Both the position numbers and the translations under genes were made by a program. Under the pieces are notes generated by a model. That model was given only the letters and a program-made list of their open reading frames with translations, did no database searches and was not told the origin of the DNA. A DNA stretch of 64,000 nt from a virus. Lineage: Duplodnaviria; Heunggongvirae; Uroviricota; Caudoviricetes. The stretch covers positions 36,425 to 100,424 of IMG/VR virus record IMGVR_UViG_3300046474_000274. One strand, 5' to 3'. Within the stretch, counting starts at the first letter, position 1. Each line of letters starts with the position of its first letter. Of the stretch, positions 8,951-16,132 are shown piece after piece.

Positions 8951-9955
8951 ATGGGTTCAACCATTCCCGAACCGACGAGATTTCACATGCTTTTTGAACG
9001 CCAGGTCGAGCGCTTACCCGACCATTATCCTTGGGCTCAGGACTTCATCGAAGCCATGCAGGACGGTTTCTGGACGGCCAAGAAGTTCAGCTTCGACAGT
9101 GATGTCACCGATTACGAACTGCACCTCACCGACCAGGAGCGCGAAATCATCAAGCGCTGCCTCGCCGCGATCGCGCAGATCGAGGTCAAGGTGAAGGAAT
9201 ATTGGGCGCTGCTCGGCCGCAAGCTGCAGCATCCGTCGATCTCTGATCTCGGCATCGTCATGGCGAATATCGAGGTCATTCATAATAACGCCTACGAAAA
9301 GCTCCTCAAGAAGCTCGGCCTGATCAGCGTCTTCAAGGACAACATGCACGTTCCGGCCATTGCCGGCCGCGTCAGTTATCTGAACAAGCACACGGAGCTG
9401 GCCTTCAAGGGCGACGATCGCAAGCAGTTCATCTACTCGCTGATCCTCTTCACGCTGTTTGTGGAGAACGTCAGCCTCTTCAGCCAGTTCTACATCGTTC
9501 TGTGGTTCAACCGCTTTGAGAACCGCTTCAAGGACGCGGCCCAGCAGGTGAAATACACCCGCAATGAGGAGATGCTCCACGCCCAGGCCGGCATGAAGAT
9601 CATCAACACGCTGCGCCAGGAATATCCGGAGCTCTTCGACGCCGAGCTCGAGGCGAAGATCAAGGAAGAGTGCCAGGTCGCGCTCGACGCGGAATCCGCC
9701 CTGATTGACTGGATGCTCGGCGACTACGACCAGCCGAAGCTCAATGCGTCGATCCTTAAGACCTATGTCGCCCAGCGCCTGAACGAGTCCCTCACCGGCA
9801 TTGGCTACACGCCGATGTTCGAGGTCTCCGAGGCTGAGAAGGCCGAGACCTTCTGGATGACCGAAGGGCTGCTCGCGCCCGCCAAGGTCGATTTCTTCCA
9901 CTCCGAACCCACTGCCTACCAGCAGGCCGACCAGCCTGACGACGACAATTTCTAA
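8951..9955 (+). CDS. nrdB: ribonucleotide reductase small subunit (R2, ferritin-like)
   Basis: ORF track 8948..9955; ferritin-like EVIHNNAYEKLL and FTLFVENVSLFSQF; start ambiguous, ATG 8987 is the alternative. Confidence 0.75.
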   Translation: MGSTIPEPTRFHMLFERQVERLPDHYPWAQDFIEAMQDGFWTAKKFSFDSDVTDYELHLTDQEREIIKRCLAAIAQIEVKVKEYWALLGRKLQHPSISDLGIVMANIEVIHNNAYEKLLKKLGLISVFKDNMHVPAIAGRVSYLNKHTELAFKGDDRKQFIYSLILFTLFVENVSLFSQFYIVLWFNRFENRFKDAAQQVKYTRNEEMLHAQAGMKIINTLRQEYPELFDAELEAKIKEECQVALDAESALIDWMLGDYDQPKLNASILKTYVAQRLNESLTGIGYTPMFEVSEAEKAETFWMTEGLLAPAKVDFFHSEPTAYQQADQPDDDNF

Positions 9956-9972
9956 GCAAGAAGGAAACGTAA

Positions 9973-11655
9973 ATGCGCCCTGATTGGGAACACTTCAACG
10001 ACATTGCGTTGAAGACCCTCTCCCGCGGATATCTGCGGGAGGGCATCGCAAAGGAAGACCTCAAGGATGAGGCCATCAAGCGCGCCAACGCGCTTGTTGA
10101 TGCTGCCGAGAAGGAACTCGGCATGAAGTTGCCGATGGTCCGGTTCGGCATGAAGCGCGGCTGGGTATCGCCGGCCTCGCCGATCTGGTCGAACTTCGGC
10201 ACGGATCGCGGTCTGCCGATCTCCTGCAACGGCTCGTTCATGGCCGACGACATGGACTCCATCCTGTTCAAGAACGCCGAGATCGGCGCGATGACGAAGG
10301 AAGGCGCCGGCACCTCGCTCTACATGGGCGCGCTGCGTCCGTTCGGCTCGCCGATCGCGGGCGGTGGAACGTCGGAAGGTCCGGTTCACTTCGCTCGTCT
10401 CCCGCAGGAGCAGGTCCAGGTGATTTCGCAGTCGAATGTCCGGCGCGGCAACTGCGCGGTCTATCTCGACATCGAGCACCAGGACATCGATCGCTGGATG
10501 CAGATGCGTTCGACGACCGAAGGCGTGCATCACCCGATCCAGCATCTGTCGTTCGGCGTCGTCATTGGCGATGACTGGATGAATGAAATGCTGGCCGAGG
10601 GCAAGGGCGGCCCGAAGCGCAAGCTGATGGCGAAGATCCGCAACAAGCGGCGCGAGACTGGCTTCCCCTACATCGTGTTCCGCGACAATGCGAACAACGC
10701 CCGGCCGGAGATCCTGAAGCGGCTTGGTCTGCTGATCTACGCCTCGAACCTCTGCACCGAGATCATGCTGCCGTCCAGCCCGGATGAAAGCTTCGTCTGC
10801 GATCTGTCGTCAGTCAACGTCCTCTATTACGACGAATGGAAGGGCACCGACTTCGTTCGGGAAATGATCTATTTCCTCGACGCGGTCATGTCCGAATACA
10901 TTCGCAAGACCAAGGGCAAGCGGCTCATGGCCGATGCGCGGCGCTTTGCCGTGCGTTGGCGCGCTCTCGGCCTCGGAACGCTCGGCTGGCACTCCTACCT
11001 GCAGTCGCGTGAGATCCCGATCGAGACGCAGGAAGCCCGCGACCTCAACATCGAGATCCACAAGTATCTCCATGACGAGTCCCACGCCGCGTCCCGCTGG
11101 ATGGCAGTGCAGTATGGCGAGCCTGAAGGTCTGAAGGGCACCGGCTACCGGAACCTGACCGTCAACGCGATCGCGCCGACCACTTCGTCCTCGATCATCT
11201 GCGGCCAGGTCTCGCAGTCCATCGAGCCCTGGGAAGCCGTCGTCTTCGAGAACGACAATGCCAAGGGCGTGTTCACGAACTACAATCCGCAGTTCGTCGC
11301 ACTCCTCGATCGCCTCGGCATGAACCGCACCGATGTCTGGGAGTCCATCCTGGGAGCAGGCGGCCGCGTCGAGCATCTGGACTTCCTGACCAGGCGCCAG
11401 AAGGACACCTACAAGCCGTGGGTCGACATCGACCAGATGGAGCTCGTGCGTCAGAACAACGACCGCACGCCGTTCATCGACCAGGGCATCTCCTTCAACG
11501 TCCAGCTTCCGCCCGAAGCAACCATGAAGGACGACATCGACATCATCGTGGCTCTGTGGAAGGGCGGCTCCAAGTCCGCCTACTACCGCAAGGGTCTGAA
11601 CAAGGCACAGGAGCTGGCCCGTGCCAACGCTTCGTGCGTAGCGTGCGAGGCATAA
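9973..11655 (+). CDS. nrdA: ribonucleotide reductase large subunit (class I-like)
   Basis: ORF track; catalytic SNLCTEI; C-terminal CVAC pair; AAGGAAA RBS. Confidence 0.8.
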   Translation: MRPDWEHFNDIALKTLSRGYLREGIAKEDLKDEAIKRANALVDAAEKELGMKLPMVRFGMKRGWVSPASPIWSNFGTDRGLPISCNGSFMADDMDSILFKNAEIGAMTKEGAGTSLYMGALRPFGSPIAGGGTSEGPVHFARLPQEQVQVISQSNVRRGNCAVYLDIEHQDIDRWMQMRSTTEGVHHPIQHLSFGVVIGDDWMNEMLAEGKGGPKRKLMAKIRNKRRETGFPYIVFRDNANNARPEILKRLGLLIYASNLCTEIMLPSSPDESFVCDLSSVNVLYYDEWKGTDFVREMIYFLDAVMSEYIRKTKGKRLMADARRFAVRWRALGLGTLGWHSYLQSREIPIETQEARDLNIEIHKYLHDESHAASRWMAVQYGEPEGLKGTGYRNLTVNAIAPTTSSSIICGQVSQSIEPWEAVVFENDNAKGVFTNYNPQFVALLDRLGMNRTDVWESILGAGGRVEHLDFLTRRQKDTYKPWVDIDQMELVRQNNDRTPFIDQGISFNVQLPPEATMKDDIDIIVALWKGGSKSAYYRKGLNKAQELARANASCVACEA

Positions 11656-11657
11656 AA

Positions 11658-11876
11658 ATGGGCTATCACATCATGACCAAGCCGGGCTGCAACTATTGCA
11701 CCCGCGCCAAGGCTCTCCTGAAGGGTCAGAATATCTCCTACACGATCCAGGATCACGACACCGAGGAGAAGATCCAGCGGTTCAAGGACGCTGGCTACAA
11801 GTCCTTCCCGATGATCTTCCACGATGGGGTGCTGGTCGGAGGGTATGACGCCCTCGTTGACTACCTGGAATACTAA
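11658..11876 (+). CDS. nrdH: glutaredoxin-like protein (NrdH-like redoxin)
   Basis: In frame with ORF 11418..11876; IMTKPGCNYC thioredoxin-fold motif; lies after nrdA. Confidence 0.75.
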   Translation: MGYHIMTKPGCNYCTRAKALLKGQNISYTIQDHDTEEKIQRFKDAGYKSFPMIFHDGVLVGGYDALVDYLEY

Positions 11877-11908
11877 AAAGTGGCGCTTCGGCGCCACTCT
11901 CTTTTTGT
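11876..11908 (+). terminator. rho-independent terminator after nrdH (GTGGCGC-TTCG-GCGCCAC then TCTCTTTTTGT)
   Basis: GC hairpin plus T-run. Confidence 0.8.
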
Positions 11909-11925
11909 GCGATCCCGTGACGAGC

Positions 11926-11962
11926 GCGCTATAAGTTAAGTAAGCACTTACTTTAAATAGGA
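11926..11962 (+). promoter_or_regulatory. promoter cassette copy (GCGCTATAAGTTAAGTAAGCACTTACTTT) before thyX
   Basis: Family member. Confidence 0.65.
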
Positions 11963-11968
11963 GAATTC

Positions 11969-12997
11969 ATGTCAGGTAAGGAACGCATGTTCGCCAAGAT
12001 CGTCTTGGCGTCGAAGGCAGCGAGCTCTACCGCTCTGCCGCTGATCACGATGCACCTGCATTATCCGGATATCATTCACGGCGAGGTGATGACGCATCGG
12101 GTGTTCTCACGCAACGCTCGCTCCATGCGCGCCGTCCCGGTCGCAACGATGGTCAAGGAAGTGCGCGAGGATCCTTTCGTGCCTTGGCATTGGGGCAAGA
12201 ACCAGAAGGGGATGCAGGCGTCGGAAGAATGCAACGAGCTGGTTAAGATCGGTTCCTATTGGGAAGGCGGCCCGCATAATGATCGCGAGGTCGATATCCT
12301 GAAGACCCGCGAAGAGGCATGGCGCCTCGCTGCGAATTCGGCAGCGGATTTCGCCGAGAACTACGCCCACGCCGGCTACCACAAGCAGATCGCCAACCGT
12401 ATCATCGCGCCCTACACCTGGAAGCACACGCTGATCACTTCGACCTCGTGGGCGAACTTCCTGCACCTGCGCGACCATGGAGATGCCGAGCCGCACTTCC
12501 ACGACCTGGCCGCTCTCGTTCGCGAAGCTCTCCAGGGCGCGAGGCCCGCCATCCTTCACCCCGGCGAATGGCACCTGCCCTACGTCGATCTCGGCGAATA
12601 TCACTCGATCCTGATGCGCCACGCCGGCCAGGACCGCGCGGTGGCTCTGTCGATTGCGCAGAAGCTCTCCGTCGCCCGCAGCGCCCGCATCTCCTACGCG
12701 CCGTTTGATGGTGATCCGTCGATTGAGCGTGAGCTGGAGCGCTACGACCTGCTCGTCGGCTCCTCGCCTCTCCACGCCTCGCCCACCGAACACCAGGCCA
12801 CGCCTGACACGCAGTCCACCTACCGTCGCCAGGTCAAGACCTTCGAGTCATCGATGAGTCGCGACCATGACCTCTGGAAGGCGGTCAGCGAAGGCAACGA
12901 CTGGAACAACCCGCATCTCGCCGGCAACCTCGGTCCCGGCTGGATCCAGTATCGCAAGACCCTCCTCAACGAATACATCAAGGATATCGCAGCATGA
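11969..12997 (+). CDS. thyX: FAD-dependent thymidylate synthase ThyX
   Basis: ORF track; ThyX motif HRVFSRNARSMRA (RHRxxxxxxxS); promoter cassette and AGGAGAA RBS. Confidence 0.85.
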   Translation: MSGKERMFAKIVLASKAASSTALPLITMHLHYPDIIHGEVMTHRVFSRNARSMRAVPVATMVKEVREDPFVPWHWGKNQKGMQASEECNELVKIGSYWEGGPHNDREVDILKTREEAWRLAANSAADFAENYAHAGYHKQIANRIIAPYTWKHTLITSTSWANFLHLRDHGDAEPHFHDLAALVREALQGARPAILHPGEWHLPYVDLGEYHSILMRHAGQDRAVALSIAQKLSVARSARISYAPFDGDPSIERELERYDLLVGSSPLHASPTEHQATPDTQSTYRRQVKTFESSMSRDHDLWKAVSEGNDWNNPHLAGNLGPGWIQYRKTLLNEYIKDIAA

Positions 12998-13251
12998 AGA
13001 AGCTGACCATGATCGCGGCGCTGGCCGCAACTACCCTGCTCGCTGGCTGCGGTGTCAATCCTGACTCCGCAAAGCGCTCGCTCGAGGCGCAGGGCATCAC
13101 CCAGGTCCAGATCGGCGGATACCCGTTCTGGGGCTGCTCGAAGGGCGATAACTTCGCATCGAAGTTCACCGGCATCGGCGCCAATGGAAAGCCGGTCTCC
13201 GGCGTCCTGTGCAGCGGGTTCCTGAAGGGCATCACGGTTCGCTATGACTAG
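12994..13251 (+). CDS. small lipoprotein (signal peptide plus lipobox LLAGC)
   Basis: ORF track; MKKLTMIAALAATTLLAGCG; ATGA overlap with thyX. Confidence 0.65.
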   Translation: MKKLTMIAALAATTLLAGCGVNPDSAKRSLEAQGITQVQIGGYPFWGCSKGDNFASKFTGIGANGKPVSGVLCSGFLKGITVRYD

Positions 13252-13435
13252 CATGACCATGAGTTTCGACGTGGAAGAGCGCCGGAACGGCTGGCTCTAT
13301 CGTTTCCCTTCGGGCGACGAGAAGGCCCTCTGGTTCGGCCCCTTTCAGACGCGCGCAGCGGCAGAGGAAGCCGCGATCAAGGCGTGTGAAAAGCATTTGG
13401 CGCAGTCCGTCATGGAAGCGCTTGGTTTAAAGTAA
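13244..13435 (+). CDS. hypothetical protein
   Basis: ORF track 13244..13435. Confidence 0.45.
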   Translation: MTSMTMSFDVEERRNGWLYRFPSGDEKALWFGPFQTRAAAEEAAIKACEKHLAQSVMEALGLK

Positions 13436-13441
13436 GGAGAA

Positions 13442-13918
13442 ATGAAAATGGGTGCATCCTTTAACGAAGCACAGCAGCTCCGCGTGAAGCTGCTCAACGA
13501 CGGCGCAAAGGTTCCGGAATACGGATCCGAGGAGGCAGCCGGCGCGGACCTGTTCGCGAACTTTGTCGGCCTGACCTCGCAGGATACGGTTCTGACCGTC
13601 CTTCCGGGGCAGCGCGTCCTGATTCCGACGGGTATCGCGGTGGAAATGAATCCCGGCACCTATGCCGAAGTCGCACCGCGTTCCGGCCTCGCCTTTAAGC
13701 AGGGCGTTGCGGTCCTGGGCGGTATCATCGACAGCGATTATCGCGGCGACATTGGCGTGATCCTGCTCAATACCTCGGAGAAGTCCGTTGAGCTGAAGCA
13801 CGGCGACCGGATCGCCCAGCTCATCATCAAGCCGTATGTTCGCGGCGTGTTCTCCGTCGCCGAGTCCCTCGACGAAACGAACCGCGGCGAAGGCGGCTTC
13901 GGCTCGACGGGCAAGTAA
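13442..13918 (+). CDS. dut: dUTPase
   Basis: ORF track; motifs AGADL, PRSGL, GIIDSDYRGD and GDRIAQL; AAGGAGAA RBS. Confidence 0.85.
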   Translation: MKMGASFNEAQQLRVKLLNDGAKVPEYGSEEAAGADLFANFVGLTSQDTVLTVLPGQRVLIPTGIAVEMNPGTYAEVAPRSGLAFKQGVAVLGGIIDSDYRGDIGVILLNTSEKSVELKHGDRIAQLIIKPYVRGVFSVAESLDETNRGEGGFGSTGK

Positions 13919-13919
13919 T

Positions 13920-14540
13920 ATGCTGTTCGGCATCACCGGCGCGGCCGGCACGGGAAAGACCACGCTCGCGAAGCGTGTCGCGGAAGACCTGGGCATTACC
14001 TACTTGTCTGGTTCGATCACTGAAATCGCAAAGCGCCACGGGTTTGATCCTGTGGCGCCAATGAGCCTGCAGGATCGCATCCGGCTGCAGTTCAAGCTTC
14101 TGGAAGACCATGTGTCTATGGTCGCCAAGGCAGAACGGCCGCTGATTGTCGATCGCACCCCGATTGATCTCGTTGGCTACATGCTCGCTGAAATCGACAT
14201 GCACAGCCATATGCGGCTCACCTCGGAAGAGATCGTCGCGATCGAGGAATACGTCGATCTTTGCCTCGAAACCACGGCGAAGCTCTACGACTACATCTTC
14301 ATCCTCGGCCAGCTTGATCATTACGAGGTCAAGGAAAGCCGCCCGGCCGACAACCGCGCCTACCAGACGCACACCCAGCTCATCATGCAGGGCTGCATGT
14401 CGCGGATCTACGGTCGGGTCAACTTCACGATCATCCGTCAGCAGGATCTCGAGGCGCGCCACGAGCTCGTCTTTGATACCGTGGTGAAACGGATGGACGA
14501 TATCTCGCGGGAACGGTCGAGCTCGGCTCACATTCACTGA
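13920..14540 (+). CDS. P-loop nucleotide/nucleoside kinase-like protein
   Basis: In frame with ORF 13836..14540; Walker A GITGAAGTGKTT; sits in the thyX/dut neighbourhood. Confidence 0.6.
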   Translation: MLFGITGAAGTGKTTLAKRVAEDLGITYLSGSITEIAKRHGFDPVAPMSLQDRIRLQFKLLEDHVSMVAKAERPLIVDRTPIDLVGYMLAEIDMHSHMRLTSEEIVAIEEYVDLCLETTAKLYDYIFILGQLDHYEVKESRPADNRAYQTHTQLIMQGCMSRIYGRVNFTIIRQQDLEARHELVFDTVVKRMDDISRERSSSAHIH

Positions 14541-14569
14541 ATTCTTCCCGCGCATAACCTGATGCGCTC

Positions 14570-14618
14570 CAACGAGCGCATCGCTATAAGTGAAAATGTA
14601 AGTAAGCACATACTGACA
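14570..14618 (+). promoter_or_regulatory. promoter cassette copy (hairpin GATGCGCT..AGCGCATC, then TCGCTATAAG, then TAAGTAAGCAC)
   Basis: Family member. Confidence 0.6.
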
Positions 14619-14633
14619 ACAAGAGAGACGACG

Positions 14634-14717
14634 ATGACCGGAACGCGCATCGCACAGGCCGCATTCGTCGCCTCTTTTCTCTTTGTCGCATGGTGCCTGA
14701 CGCTGAATTTGACCTGA
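14634..14717 (+). CDS. possible micro membrane peptide (27 aa)
   Basis: ATG after GAGAGACGACG; hydrophobic AAFVASFLFVAWCL; below the ORF-track cutoff. Confidence 0.3.
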   Translation: MTGTRIAQAAFVASFLFVAWCLTLNLT

Positions 14718-14737
14718 ATCCCTGAAGGAGAAAGTGC

Positions 14738-15178
14738 ATGCATCTCGAAAACCAGGCTTCCGACGCAGCCGCATCGACCGAAGTCACGAAGATCGACCCG
14801 ACCCTGGCATCGATCCGCGCTGAGCGGGAAGCTGCTGAAGCCGAACGCGCCCGCATCCAGGCTGAGCGCGAGGAAGCAGCTCGCGTCCGCGCAAAGCGCG
14901 CCCTGCTCGGCGAAGTCCTGAACATGCAGACGGACGTGGAAGCACGCTTCCAGGCGGTGAAGGCGCAGAAGAAGCTCCTCAAGAGCCTTCGCGAAGATCT
15001 GAAGGCGCTCGACACCGATGACGAGCTGACGGCCGACGAGCTCAGGGCGCTCCTGCAGCGTGGCTACGAAGCCTACACCGGCAGCGCTCCGACGTTCCAC
15101 AAGGGCGGCGTCGTCACTGCTGACACCATCATCGGCATTCTGAAGGGTGGTCTGAGCCCTGTCCGCTTCGCTGCTTGA
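14738..15178 (+). CDS. coiled-coil hypothetical protein
   Basis: ORF track; AAGGAGAAAG RBS; followed by a double hairpin. Confidence 0.6.
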   Translation: MHLENQASDAAASTEVTKIDPTLASIRAEREAAEAERARIQAEREEAARVRAKRALLGEVLNMQTDVEARFQAVKAQKKLLKSLREDLKALDTDDELTADELRALLQRGYEAYTGSAPTFHKGGVVTADTIIGILKGGLSPVRFAA

Positions 15179-15187
15179 TTGAGATAG

Positions 15188-15247
15188 GCGCCGACAACCG
15201 TCGGGTCGGCGTCTAGGGAAGCCGGCTGCCGAAAGGCCCGGCTTCCC
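15188..15247 (+). terminator. tandem hairpins (GCCGAC..GTCGGC and GGGAAGCCGG..CCGGCTTCCC) after the gene ending at 15178
   Basis: Stable stems but no clear T-run. Confidence 0.45.
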
Positions 15248-15266
15248 ACCAGCCCACGACACCTGA

Positions 15267-15340
15267 GCCGGGGTAGCTTAGGGCAGAGCAGCGACTTTCA
15301 GAGGTCGCAGGTCGAGGTTCGACTCCTTGCCCCGGAGCCA
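15267..15340 (+). tRNA. atypical tRNA-like gene: cloverleaf with a G1:A72 mismatch and an 8-nt anticodon loop UUUCAGAG (UCA if read as a 7-nt loop)
   Basis: T-arm CGAGG-TTCGACT-CCTTG; acceptor GCCGGGG/CCCCGGA with encoded CCA; D-arm TAGCTTAGGGCAGAGC; anticodon stem GCGAC/GTCGC. Confidence 0.45.
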
Positions 15341-15968
15341 AATTCGCCCGAATGGGCAGCAGAATGCCATCTTCCTGACGGGCATGTCGGTGGGTGGAGC
15401 AGCCAACAGCGAACCCGGTTGGCGCCAGCAATGGATCGGAGGGAGTATGCCCATAGGCTCCCTCCGGAAGGTTCCGAGTTTCGCCCGAACGGGTAACGAG
15501 CTGGGGCTGCGGGATCGATAAAGGTCTTGCCGGCACAGACCGAGATAACGCTCTCGGAAGCTCCAAACAGGCACGTCTGAGGCGCTGAGAAATCGATGGG
15601 CGGGTAGCAGACAAGTCCGCGATCGACCAAGGCAGGACTCAGGACGCAAACGTCAGCGCAGGCGTGACAGGCGGGGAGAGACCCGCACAAAAGATGCCCG
15701 AAAGGGCACGTCCGGGTAGCCCAAGCAGAACGCAAGAGGCAGCTCCAATGCGGGCCAAAGTGTGAGTAGGGGATGCTAAGCCGCTTTCCAGCGATGAACA
15801 TCCGACCCTCACCCTGGACACCAATTTCACAGGAATGCCGGCGCGACTCCGGCTCGCTGACCGAGGTTGAGTAAGGAAAAGTGGGTTCAAATCCCACCGA
15901 TGCGACAGACGATCGTCGCGGGACTGGATGGGTTCCAGGGGTCTGACAGTCCGGAAAGACGGACACGA
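15341..15968 (+). ncRNA. ORF-free structured region between two tRNA(-like) genes; carries a second T-arm-like element GTGGG-TTCAAAT-CCCAC (about 15885-15905) and an 8-bp hairpin GGAGGGAG..CTCCCTCC
   Basis: No ORF with coding GC3; multiple GC-rich stem-loops; repeated TTCGCCCGAAYGGG. Confidence 0.3.
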
Positions 15969-16044
15969 GGGGTCGTGGGTGAACTGGTCCAGCCACCGGA
16001 TTGCAAATCCGTCTATGCAGGTTCGAATCCTGTCGATCCCTCCA
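15969..16044 (+). tRNA. tRNA-Cys(GCA)
   Basis: GGATTGCAAATCCGTCTA is identical to the E. coli tRNA-Cys anticodon arm; T-arm GCAGG-TTCGAAT-CCTGT; acceptor GGGGTCG/CGATCCC plus T and CCA. Confidence 0.8.
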
Positions 16045-16055
16045 ACATTCTTCCC

Positions 16056-16118
16056 GCTCATCACCTACCGCACTCCGCGACGTGATGCGCTAAAACATCA
16101 TAAGTAAGTGATTACTTA
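16056..16118 (+). promoter_or_regulatory. composite element GCTCATCACCTACCGCACTCC...GCGCTAAAACATCATAAGTAAGTGATTACTTAG before the GHKL ATPase gene
   Basis: Carries both the CATCACC element and the TAAGTAAG palindrome. Confidence 0.6.
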
Positions 16119-16132
16119 GAAGAGGCAGCACA

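Noticed and set aside
15267-15968. Two-piece (permuted) or one-piece tmRNA
   Set aside because: The first tRNA-like element pairs its own 5' and 3' ends and is not a separate acceptor piece. No tag reading frame ending in ...AA-stop and no matching 5' acceptor strand for the second T-arm could be found. Left as unclassified ncRNA.
15267-15968. Group I intron splitting a tRNA
   Set aside because: The two T-arm-bearing halves do not have complementary acceptor strands, and I could not recognise P7/P3 core motifs by eye. Needs a covariance-model scan before any call.
15298-16064. Several 120-230-aa ORFs on both strands across the tRNA/ncRNA island
   Set aside because: They run through the tRNA-Cys and tRNA-like structures and lack coding GC3 periodicity. 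The region is treated as non-coding RNA.
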